Below the pieces are notes generated by a model. That model worked only from the letters and a program-made list of their open reading frames with translations. It made no database searches and had not been told where the DNA came from. 24,506 nucleotides of DNA from Bacteriovoracaceae bacterium (GTDB lineage: Bacteria; Bdellovibrionota; Bacteriovoracia; Bacteriovoracales; Bacteriovoracaceae), in the NCBI GenBank assembly GCA_041583335.1, contig JBFHGF010000001.1:1-24506 (forward strand), written 5' to 3'. This document shows, one piece after another, positions 17,249 through 24,506 of this stretch. A program made the translations under genes and the position numbers. Each line of letters opens with the position of its first letter. Position 1 is the first letter of the stretch.

Positions 17249-17670
17249 TGGAAGGTTTGCTACCTTTTCTCATTATTCTCTTTGGGGCACGAGTCACTTT
17301 TGCTCTTTCTTCTCTGAGACATTGGGGACCGATTCGCTCCTCTTCCTTTGTAAGCTTAGTCTTTGTTTTGGTGATGAAGTTGATTCCTTATCACTGGCCT
17401 ATGAATTCCGACATTCTCTTTTTTGGAGGAAGTTTCATTGGGATGTCGGGGGTGGATCGCTTGTCTCGCTTTTTTCTCCCTTTTTCTTGCCTGTTGTTTT
17501 ATCTCTTCTTTTATAATGTCGGTCCGTACATTAAAGGAATGGGTGGAGGGCTTGGGCTGGGAGCTTTTCTTAGTGTTGGGCCTTTGGCCTTAGTGAATTA
17601 CCTGCTTCATCTTTATAGAGATAGAGATAGAGATAGAGATAAGAGGTTGGATTCTACTGAATCGATCTGA
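17248..17670 (+). CDS. Small multi-pass membrane protein of unknown function (paralog B)
   Basis: Hydrophobic; motifs FFGGSFIGMS and IKGMGGGLGLGAF parallel those of paralog A; TGATG stop/start overlap. Confidence 0.8.
   Translation: MEGLLPFLIILFGARVTFALSSLRHWGPIRSSSFVSLVFVLVMKLIPYHWPMNSDILFFGGSFIGMSGVDRLSRFFLPFSCLLFYLFFYNVGPYIKGMGGGLGLGAFLSVGPLALVNYLLHLYRDRDRDRDKRLDSTESI
17615..17641 (+). repeat. Hexanucleotide tandem repeat (ATAGAG)x4 plus ATA
   Basis: Four exact copies at 17615-17638, encoding an RD dipeptide run in the C-terminal tail of 17248..17670. Confidence 0.9.
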
Positions 17671-18127
17671 CCGTATACTCTCTGGTGTCACCTTGAATTT
17701 CCACTTCAAAGGAATCACCTGAACTGAGACCGATGACCTCTACACCTATAGGGGAGAAGGCGCTAATGACAAGAACAACGCCCTCATCTGTTTTCATCAT
17801 GGTTCCCCCGGAAGTCGAACTGATAAAGTAGTGGCGGGTCATATTATTAAATTCTATTTCAACGAGGCTTCCCACACTTACCGTGTTACTGGGGAGTTTG
17901 AGATCGATTTCATCGAGAAGTTTAATTTCACTTTCAAGTTCATCCACTCTCTTTTTTTGAGCGCCTGCGAGATAGCCGGCTTCAATGGAGCGGGTATCGT
18001 ATTTTCCTTCCGATTTCAGCTCACCATTGGTGGCATGGGCACGCGAAGTTTCATAGGCCTCTTTGGCCTTGTCGAACTCAGTTTGAAGTTGGTCTTTTAA
18101 GTAGCTCAGGATATTTTCTTTATTCAT
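17654..18127 (-). CDS. GreA/GreB-family protein (non-canonical Gre-like factor)
   Basis: N-terminal coiled coil with tip SEGKYDTRSIE; C-terminal VSVGSLVEI and VISAFSPIGVEVIGLSSGDSFEV match the Gre C-terminal domain. Confidence 0.8.
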   Translation of the reverse strand: MNKENILSYLKDQLQTEFDKAKEAYETSRAHATNGELKSEGKYDTRSIEAGYLAGAQKKRVDELESEIKLLDEIDLKLPSNTVSVGSLVEIEFNNMTRHYFISSTSGGTMMKTDEGVVLVISAFSPIGVEVIGLSSGDSFEVEIQGDTREYTVRSIQ

Positions 18128-18148
18128 TAGGACATTATACTCATTCGC

Positions 18149-18871
18149 CTAGAGTTTTCCAGTTAAAGGACGATCGGGAAATCCAAGCCTTCCTAGAATG
18201 GGCATTTTTATGGCCGGAGGATAGACGTCGATTCCAAAGTTAAGTCCAAGAAGGTTCACTTCCGCCCCTTCTTCTAGTCCTAAGGTGAGTCCAAACATTC
18301 CATAGAGAGAAAATTGAAAACCCGTGTTTGAGGGAGAGGCCGTCAGACTAAAGGGTTTTACATAGAAGTCTTTCCCTACGGCATGGGAGGGAAGAACGAC
18401 TTTGATTTCAGGGGTGTTGCGAATTAAATAGGACACAAAAGTGTTGGAGTTGGGCCCAGGGTAGATTTGATAACGATCTTGCATGGGGTATTGCTTAATT
18501 AACTCTTTTACTCTTTTAATGATAGATCTGGCCTGGGCGCCTCGCGCTTCAAATAATAGGGTGGGTTGTGAATCGAACCAGAGGCGGTCGGGAATATCAT
18601 GGCGCGTGCTGATGGTGGAGTTAGAGTGGCGCAAGTTCCAAGCGGTCACTTGGGAAACGGTGTAGTGTTTGTCTTTTTCCTCCTTCCAGGCCACCCAGGG
18701 ATGGACGCCAAAGTAGCCTCGCCAAGCAAAGGCGCGGGCATAGTAGATCTGGAAAATATCTTCTTTTAATGTCGATGCTTTAGGCGCTATATGAGCACTC
18801 TCTCGCGAAGCGTCTCTAAAGCTTTTGGAGCTACAGGAAAGGAGGAAAAAGCATAAAATTAGGTATTTCAT
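18149..18871 (-). CDS. DUF3750-like lipoprotein
   Basis: Lipobox-like FLLSC (Cys13); ARAFAWRGYFGVHPW, YPGPNSNTFV and SL.G..GLTLGLEEG.EVNLLGL motifs recalled from the DUF3750 family. Confidence 0.7.
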   Translation of the reverse strand: MKYLILCFFLLSCSSKSFRDASRESAHIAPKASTLKEDIFQIYYARAFAWRGYFGVHPWVAWKEEKDKHYTVSQVTAWNLRHSNSTISTRHDIPDRLWFDSQPTLLFEARGAQARSIIKRVKELIKQYPMQDRYQIYPGPNSNTFVSYLIRNTPEIKVVLPSHAVGKDFYVKPFSLTASPSNTGFQFSLYGMFGLTLGLEEGAEVNLLGLNFGIDVYPPAIKMPILGRLGFPDRPLTGKL

Positions 18872-18926
18872 AGTCTGTTATTTTACCTTATACTGTGCGG
18901 CGCTCTAACAAGAAAAGGCCAGATAG

Positions 18927-19877
18927 ATGATGAAAATCGAAGAAACTATTAATTATTTATATGACAAATATAAGAATGACCTCTCGGGAAAGGTATCGAA
19001 CTCCTTTCCTGCTCTTGGGATGGTCGATCCGGACCTTTTTTCCATTAGTGTGACCATGGTTGATGGCCAAACGATTAATGTTGGGGACTGTGAGGCCCTC
19101 TTCTCTATTCAATCTATTTCCAAGCCTTTTTCTTATGGCCTTGCGCTAGAGCAGCATGGGAGCTCCTTTGTTGAAGAAAAGGTTGGAATGGAGCCCACAG
19201 GCGAAGACTACGATTCGATTATTAAAATGGATGACTTATCTCGTCCCTTCAACCCAATGGTGAACTCTGGTGCCATTGTAACGACTGGTCTTATCAATGG
19301 AACTCGTGAAAAGAGTAAGCAAGAGGTACTCATTGATTACTTCTCTTCCTTTGCCGGAAGAAAGTTAGAGATTGATCAAGCGGTTTATGAGTCTGAAAAG
19401 AATAATGGCCATAAAAACTGGGCCATTGCTCATTTACTGCGCCACTTTAATTTGATGACTAAAGACTTCAAGTCAGACTTGGATCTTTACTTTAACCAAT
19501 GCTCTTTACTGGTTAACTCTACTGATCTCGCCCTAATGGGGGCGACTCTTGCCAATGGGGGAGTGAACCCCAAGACTGGTGATCAGTGTATTGAGCGCGT
19601 TAATCTACGTCATGTTCTCAGTATCCTTCTGACCTGTGGTATGTATAATTACTCTGGAGAATGGGTTTTTGATGTGGGCGTTCCTGCAAAGAGTGGTATC
19701 TCGGGAGGAATTCTGATGATAATACCAGGGATGATGGCGATTTCTATTTACAGTCCGCGCTTAGATAAACGCGGCAATAGTGTGCGTGGTATTAAAGTCT
19801 GCGAAGAATTATCCAATCTCTTCAAATTACACATCCTAGATTCTTTTGGCCCAAAAGATATCAAGGATATTTTATAA
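18927..19877 (+). CDS. glsA: Glutaminase
   Basis: FSIQSISKPF (catalytic SxxK), PFNPMVNSGAI, CGMYNYSG, PAKSGISGG, SPRLDKRGNSVRG. Start may be 18930. Confidence 0.95.
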   Translation: MMKIEETINYLYDKYKNDLSGKVSNSFPALGMVDPDLFSISVTMVDGQTINVGDCEALFSIQSISKPFSYGLALEQHGSSFVEEKVGMEPTGEDYDSIIKMDDLSRPFNPMVNSGAIVTTGLINGTREKSKQEVLIDYFSSFAGRKLEIDQAVYESEKNNGHKNWAIAHLLRHFNLMTKDFKSDLDLYFNQCSLLVNSTDLALMGATLANGGVNPKTGDQCIERVNLRHVLSILLTCGMYNYSGEWVFDVGVPAKSGISGGILMIIPGMMAISIYSPRLDKRGNSVRGIKVCEELSNLFKLHILDSFGPKDIKDIL

Positions 19878-19911
19878 TTTCGTTTCTTTTTAAAATATAA
19901 GGTAGGCCCTC

Positions 19912-21537
19912 ATGCTTAACGTCAGCAATATCTCAAAAGTACAAGGTGGAGAAACCCTCTACTCCAAAGTAAATTTTCAAATTTACCCCGGAGAGAAGGT
20001 AGGCCTAGTGGGTCCTAATGGTACAGGGAAGACCACCCTCTTTCGTTTGATCATTGGCGAAGATAAGAACTATGAAGGACAGATTAGTTTTTCTGATAAG
20101 TTGAGAATGGCCTATTTCTCGCAAAATGTTGGAGAGATGAAAGGAGAGACCGCACTTGAAGTGGTTCTTAGTGGCGATGAGAAGGTTAGTGTTTTGCAAG
20201 AGCAGCTAACTGAATTTGAAACAAAGCTTTGTGATCCTGACCTCGATCCCGACGAAATGAATGATATCTTGATGAAGATGGGAGATGTGCAAATAGAATT
20301 TGAAAAGCGCGGTGGCTATGATCTCGAAAGTCGTGCAGAAGAAGTGCTTACCGGGCTTGGGATCGCTCCTGCCGATCATCGCAAAAATATAGAAGAATTT
20401 AGTGGGGGGTGGAAAATGAGAATTGCCCTTGCCCGCGTTCTCGTGATTAAACCAGACCTCATCGTTATGGATGAGCCCACCAACTACCTTGATATGGAAA
20501 CTATTTTATGGCTTGAAGAGTGGCTGCAAAACTATGAAGGTGCTGTCTTTATGACGACTCACGATCGTCACTTTATGAATAATATTTGTAAGAAGATTGT
20601 GGAAGTTTCTCATAAGCAAGTTACCGTTTACTCGGGTAACTACGACTTCTACGAAAAAGAGAGGAACCTAAGAAGAGATCAGTTGATCTCTGAGGCCAAG
20701 CGACAGGCCGACAGTATCGCCAAGGATGAAGAATTTATCGCCAAGTTTAAAGCGAGAGCTTCCCATGCGGCCCAAGTTCAATCACGTATTAAGAAATTAG
20801 AAAAAATTGATAAAGTCTATGTCCCACCAGAAGAGGAGACAATCTCATTTACTTTCCCTACCCCTCCTCGTGGTGGAGATGATGTTGTGGTCGTGAAGAA
20901 CCTCAAGAAAGTATGGAATAAGCCAGATGGATCAGAACTTCTCGTCTTTGAAGATCTCGATATGATGGTGAAAAGGCAAGAATGCTTGGCCGTTGTGGGA
21001 GTTAATGGAGCTGGGAAGTCTACATTGCTTAAAACCATTTGTGGGCAAACCGAGGCCACAGAAGGGGAGGTCGTGATTGGACCTTCTATTAAGGTTGGCT
21101 ACTTTAGCCAATTTTCTTTTGATGTTCTTGATCCCGAAAGTTCTGTCATTGATGAGGTTCAATCTTCACTACCGGAAGCGAGTGAAGGTTATCTACGAAA
21201 TCTCTTGGCCGCCTTTCTCTTTCGAGGGGATGATGTGAAAAAGAAAGTGAAACATCTCTCAGGTGGAGAGAAGAGTCGATTGATTCTCGCGGTTCTTTTG
21301 AGTCAAAATAATAACCTCTTAGTTCTGGATGAGCCTACCAACCATTTAGATATTCAGTCTCGGGAAGTTCTTCTTGACGCATTGAGAAGCTTTGAAGGAA
21401 CCATCCTCTTTGTGAGCCACGATAGACACTTTCTCAAGGAATTGACTCGTAAGGTTATCGAAGTGGATAAGTCAAAAGTGACTCTATATCCTGGAAATTA
21501 TGAATATTACTTAGATAAGAAATTGAGTGAAGCTTAA
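19912..21537 (+). CDS. ABC-F family ATP-binding protein
   Basis: Two ABC cassettes (GPNGTGKT/FSGGW/DEPTNYLD and GVNGAGKST/LSGGE/DEPTNHLD) joined by a helical linker; no transmembrane segments. Confidence 0.94.
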   Translation: MLNVSNISKVQGGETLYSKVNFQIYPGEKVGLVGPNGTGKTTLFRLIIGEDKNYEGQISFSDKLRMAYFSQNVGEMKGETALEVVLSGDEKVSVLQEQLTEFETKLCDPDLDPDEMNDILMKMGDVQIEFEKRGGYDLESRAEEVLTGLGIAPADHRKNIEEFSGGWKMRIALARVLVIKPDLIVMDEPTNYLDMETILWLEEWLQNYEGAVFMTTHDRHFMNNICKKIVEVSHKQVTVYSGNYDFYEKERNLRRDQLISEAKRQADSIAKDEEFIAKFKARASHAAQVQSRIKKLEKIDKVYVPPEEETISFTFPTPPRGGDDVVVVKNLKKVWNKPDGSELLVFEDLDMMVKRQECLAVVGVNGAGKSTLLKTICGQTEATEGEVVIGPSIKVGYFSQFSFDVLDPESSVIDEVQSSLPEASEGYLRNLLAAFLFRGDDVKKKVKHLSGGEKSRLILAVLLSQNNNLLVLDEPTNHLDIQSREVLLDALRSFEGTILFVSHDRHFLKELTRKVIEVDKSKVTLYPGNYEYYLDKKLSEA

Positions 21538-21631
21538 AGTTTTGCTGATTTTAATCAAATTCTCTAAAATTTCATTTTAATTACAGGCACTTATTGTTTC
21601 CACATTATTTCAACATTCCTTACATAGGATG

Positions 21632-21660
21632 GTTATAGGTTAACGAAGTTATCCGACTAT
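21632..21660. promoter_or_regulatory. Possible MarR operator (GTTA-N5-TAAC plus an adjacent imperfect copy)
   Basis: GTTATAGGTTAAC-GAA-GTTATCCGACTAT, 35-65 bp upstream of marR. The arms are short, so chance is plausible. Confidence 0.25.
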
Positions 21661-21695
21661 AAACATTTTATTGAATCAAAAGGAATGGTGAATAT

Positions 21696-22127
21696 ATGGA
21701 GGCCAAAAGTAAGTTGTCTCATCAGATTTTAATGACGATCCCCACAGCGATGTCTTTTCTGTCTTAGACGATTAAAGACTGCGCAGATGGAGATCTTGGA
21801 GTTACCCAATTTCGAATCCTCTCCAATATTGAGGGTGGAATTAAAAGGGTAAAAGATATTGCTGAGATTAATGGTGTTAGTCAGCCGGCCATTTCTAAAA
21901 TGGTCGAACTGATGGTGATGAGAGGATTAATTAGTCGCCAAAAGGATGAGCACGATCGCAGAAGTACTGTTTTGAATATGACCTTAAAGGGCAGAGAGGT
22001 TTTTGAAGGGGTCGAAAATAGGGCGGCGGATAAAGTTTTAGAAAAACTAACTCTAATGGAAGACAGAGAAGTAATCGAGATAGAACAGGCCTTGCTTAAA
22101 ATAGAAGAGTTAATCTATCCCAAATAA
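21696..22127 (+). pseudogene. MarR-family regulator interrupted by an in-frame TAG at codon 24 (21765-21767)
   Basis: Manual translation from ATG 21696: MEAKSKLSHQILMTIPTAMSFLS*TIKDCADGDLGVTQFRILSNIEGGIKRVKDIAEINGVSQPAISKMVELMVMRGLISRQKDEHDRRSTVLNMTLKG...YPK. One frame, with the MarR helix-turn-helix and DRR wing. The ORF track shows only the tail from 21900. Confidence 0.85.
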
Positions 22128-22137
22128 GTAGAAGAGA

Positions 22138-24506
22138 ATGAAGAATTTAATTGAATATTTTGTTAAGCGACCCGTCGTTGTAAACGCCCTGATGTTTGGT
22201 CTTCTGATTGCGTCTGTTTTTACTTGGAGCCGAATCGGCAAAGAAGAGATGCCAGAGTTTACTTTGAACTTTGTTCGTATCAATGTTGCCTATCCAGGAG
22301 CGACCGCCCAGGATGTTGAGCTCTTTATCACTAAACCGATTGAAGAAGAGCTCAAAGGCATATCGGATATCGATGAAGTCAATAGTACTTCGGCCTATGG
22401 GAGCAGTACGATCTCGATTATCTTTGAAGCAAATGTCGAGAATTTAACGGAAAAAGTTCAAGACGTGAAGGATGCAGTTGATGCTGTCGATCTTCCCTCA
22501 GAGTCAGAAGAGCCAACCTACTTTAGGTTTCGCTCAAAAGAAAAAGCTATTATTGATGTTGGAATGTATTTGGAAGGTAAGGAGATTCTCACGGTCGAAG
22601 ATCGTATGAAGCTACAGGAATTCGCACTGGCCTTTAAAAATAAAATTATCTCAGAGCAGAAAATTAGTGGTACCGAGGAAGATGCATATCTTGCCCCTGA
22701 GCTTCAGGTGAAAGTGAGTCCTGAAGCATTGGTGAAATATGAAATCTCGATGAGTCAGGTTAGGGAGGCGATTACCACTCAGCATATTCGTAACCCTATT
22801 GGAAATATGAAGGATAAACAGGAATCCGAAGTAACTCTGGTTTCTGAGCTTGATGATATTGTATCGATGAAGGATGTCACTGTAAGTGCTGGCTTCCAAG
22901 GCCAAAAGTTAAAACTGAGTGAAATTGCTGATGTTTCCTATGGCTTTGAAGATACGACTTCTGTTTTAAAAATCCAGGGACATGAGGGAATTCGATTAAG
23001 TATCAAAAAGAGTTCAAGTGCAGATATCTTGAGTGCTACTGATGCAGTCGTGGATTTTATCGAGAAATTTAAAAGTCAAAATGAAATGGGGAATTTGCGC
23101 TTTGTGCTCATTGATGATGAGTCCTACGATGTACGTAATCGTCTCGAATTGATTGGAAGTAATGGACTCGTTGGCTTTATTTTAATCCTTATCATCCTCT
23201 TTCTCTTTCTCGACTTTAAATCGGGGATTTGGGTGGCCATGGGAATTCCTTTTTCTCTTGGCTTTACCTTGATTGCCTCCCATTTGATGGGATATACGGT
23301 TAATAATATGACCTTGGCCGCGATTATTATCGTGCTGGGGATTGTGGTTGATGATGCCATTATTATTGCTGAGAATATTTCAAGAGAAGTTAAGCACCAT
23401 GGGAAAAAAATGGGGATCCAGGCGGTCCTCGATGTGATTGGACCTGTCACGGCGAGTATGCTGACCACTTGTGCGGCTTTCATTCCTCTACTTTTCTTTA
23501 GTGGACGCTTTAGCCTCTTTGTTAAGTATATTCCGCCGGTGATCTTTTTGATGTTGATGGCCTCTTTAGTGGAATCATTCTTTCTTCTTCCTGCGCACAT
23601 GATTCATAAGATGAAGATAGAACACTTTTTTGAAAGAAAAGGTTGGGGGAAGGGATTGACCAAGTTTCGCGATCACTTTATTCATGTCGTAGAAGATCGA
23701 TATGCAAATATCCTCAACAAAGTTTTGAAAGTTAGAGTTCCAATCCTTTTGATTTTTTTAGTATTGTTAGGTTCTTCTTTTTACATTTATAAAACTAAAA
23801 TGCGCTATGTAATGTTTCCTCGAGAGGAAACTCGCGATTTTGCTGTTCGTGTGATTGGTCATGAAAATATGAAGCGTCTTGAAACAGCAACCAAGGTTCG
23901 TGCCATTGAAGATATTTTCCTCAATGATAAAAGAGGCATTGTAACGGCCATCTATACTCGTATTGGTATGAATCGTAGAGGTGGAGCGGTTAGAGAGAAT
24001 GAGGCATCGGTAAGAGTTGAAATCGTTCCCGCTACTGAGAGGAAAGAGTCCATTAATCAGCTTTTTAAGGAGTGGGAAGCTCAGGCCAAAAAAGTTGCGG
24101 GTTTTGAAGAAATTCACTTTATGAAAAGTCGATTTGGGTCTGATAGTGGAAGCTCCCTTGATATTCGCGTTCAAGAAAATAACGATGAGCGCAGAAAACA
24201 AGTGGTCGATGAGTTAGTAAAGGCACTTGAGGCGGATGGTAGAGTTGTCGATATTGAAATTGAGCGACCCGTTCTTAAGAATGAGTTTAAACTGACGATT
24301 AATAAGGCCGAAGCGAGTCGTTTAAATGTTAGCTACTCTCAACTGGCCTCTACTTTACGGGCTTATATCGAAGGGAGCATCCTTTATACTTTGAATAACG
24401 GTGAAGAAGAAGTTGATGTACGTTTAACGAGTCATTCTGATAATAAAGATGATCTTAATAAGATTCTAGACTTAACCGTAGGTAATCAAGATGGGTATTT
24501 GGTTCC
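22138..24506 (+). CDS. RND-family efflux permease (AcrB/AcrD/AcrF superfamily), truncated by the window edge
   Basis: Not in the ORF track. MKNLIEYFVKRPVVVN...YPGATAQDVELFITKPIEEEL...; TM4 motif GIVVDDAIIIAENI (DD at 23350-23355). Frame was spot-checked as unchanged at 23341, 23821 and 24481. Confidence 0.93.
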   Translation, partial: MKNLIEYFVKRPVVVNALMFGLLIASVFTWSRIGKEEMPEFTLNFVRINVAYPGATAQDVELFITKPIEEELKGISDIDEVNSTSAYGSSTISIIFEANVENLTEKVQDVKDAVDAVDLPSESEEPTYFRFRSKEKAIIDVGMYLEGKEILTVEDRMKLQEFALAFKNKIISEQKISGTEEDAYLAPELQVKVSPEALVKYEISMSQVREAITTQHIRNPIGNMKDKQESEVTLVSELDDIVSMKDVTVSAGFQGQKLKLSEIADVSYGFEDTTSVLKIQGHEGIRLSIKKSSSADILSATDAVVDFIEKFKSQNEMGNLRFVLIDDESYDVRNRLELIGSNGLVGFILILIILFLFLDFKSGIWVAMGIPFSLGFTLIASHLMGYTVNNMTLAAIIIVLGIVVDDAIIIAENISREVKHHGKKMGIQAVLDVIGPVTASMLTTCAAFIPLLFFSGRFSLFVKYIPPVIFLMLMASLVESFFLLPAHMIHKMKIEHFFERKGWGKGLTKFRDHFIHVVEDRYANILNKVLKVRVPILLIFLVLLGSSFYIYKTKMRYVMFPREETRDFAVRVIGHENMKRLETATKVRAIEDIFLNDKRGIVTAIYTRIGMNRRGGAVRENEASVRVEIVPATERKESINQLFKEWEAQAKKVAGFEEIHFMKSRFGSDSGSSLDIRVQENNDERRKQVVDELVKALEADGRVVDIEIERPVLKNEFKLTINKAEASRLNVSYSQLASTLRAYIEGSILYTLNNGEEEVDVRLTSHSDNKDDLNKILDLTVGNQDGYLV

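Noticed and set aside
10054-21162. Remaining short alternative-frame ORFs (10054, 10842, 11413, 14836, 15097, 15737, 16353, 16840, 16905, 17322, 17831, 18483, 20005, 20817, 20932)
   Set aside because: Each overlaps a longer gene with better support and shows no family motif.
21765-21767. Genome-wide TAG recoding or pyrrolysine as the explanation for the marR stop
   Set aside because: TAG ends at least six genes here (943, 5157, 9311, 15125, 17654, 18149), including proC at its expected C-terminus, and no pyl genes are in the window.
21900-22127. Stand-alone 75-aa protein
   Set aside because: It is the C-terminal half of the interrupted marR.
22651-24201. Minus-strand ORFs 22651..22905, 23124..23600 and 23767..24201
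   Set aside because: Antisense shadows of the RND permease frame.
1-24506. CRISPR arrays, tRNA/rRNA genes, IS elements, prophage or defence genes
   Set aside because: No spaced direct repeats, cloverleaf-like sequence, transposase/integrase motifs or terminal inverted repeats were seen by eye, and the intergenic gaps are short. A covariance-model scan would be needed to exclude small RNAs.

Overview
Gene-dense, moderately AT-rich bacterial chromosomal window using the standard genetic code. Gene content and style suggest Bdellovibrionota (Bacteriovoracaceae-like), but that is inference only. Left to right: partial argD-like aminotransferase (missed by the ORF track); a Fur/Zur regulator divergent from a TonB-dependent receptor; a secreted lysozyme-like protein convergent with a secreted phospholipase-A2-like protein; the proBAC operon; a degenerate ArsC/LMW-PTP-fold protein, a CopA-type ATPase, a DUF3347-like protein and an acyl-ACP thioesterase; a sensor histidine kinase followed by an overlapping four-gene block (porin-like barrel, short periplasmic-binding-like protein, two paralogous small membrane proteins); a Gre-like factor; a DUF3750-like lipoprotein; glutaminase; an ABC-F ATPase; a marR gene broken by an in-frame TAG; and a partial RND permease (also missed by the ORF track). 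I saw no rRNA, tRNA, CRISPR array or mobile element. The best candidate for an undescribed system is the kinase/porin/binding-protein/membrane-pair locus at 13323-17670. All calls come from motif recognition by eye; no searches were run.
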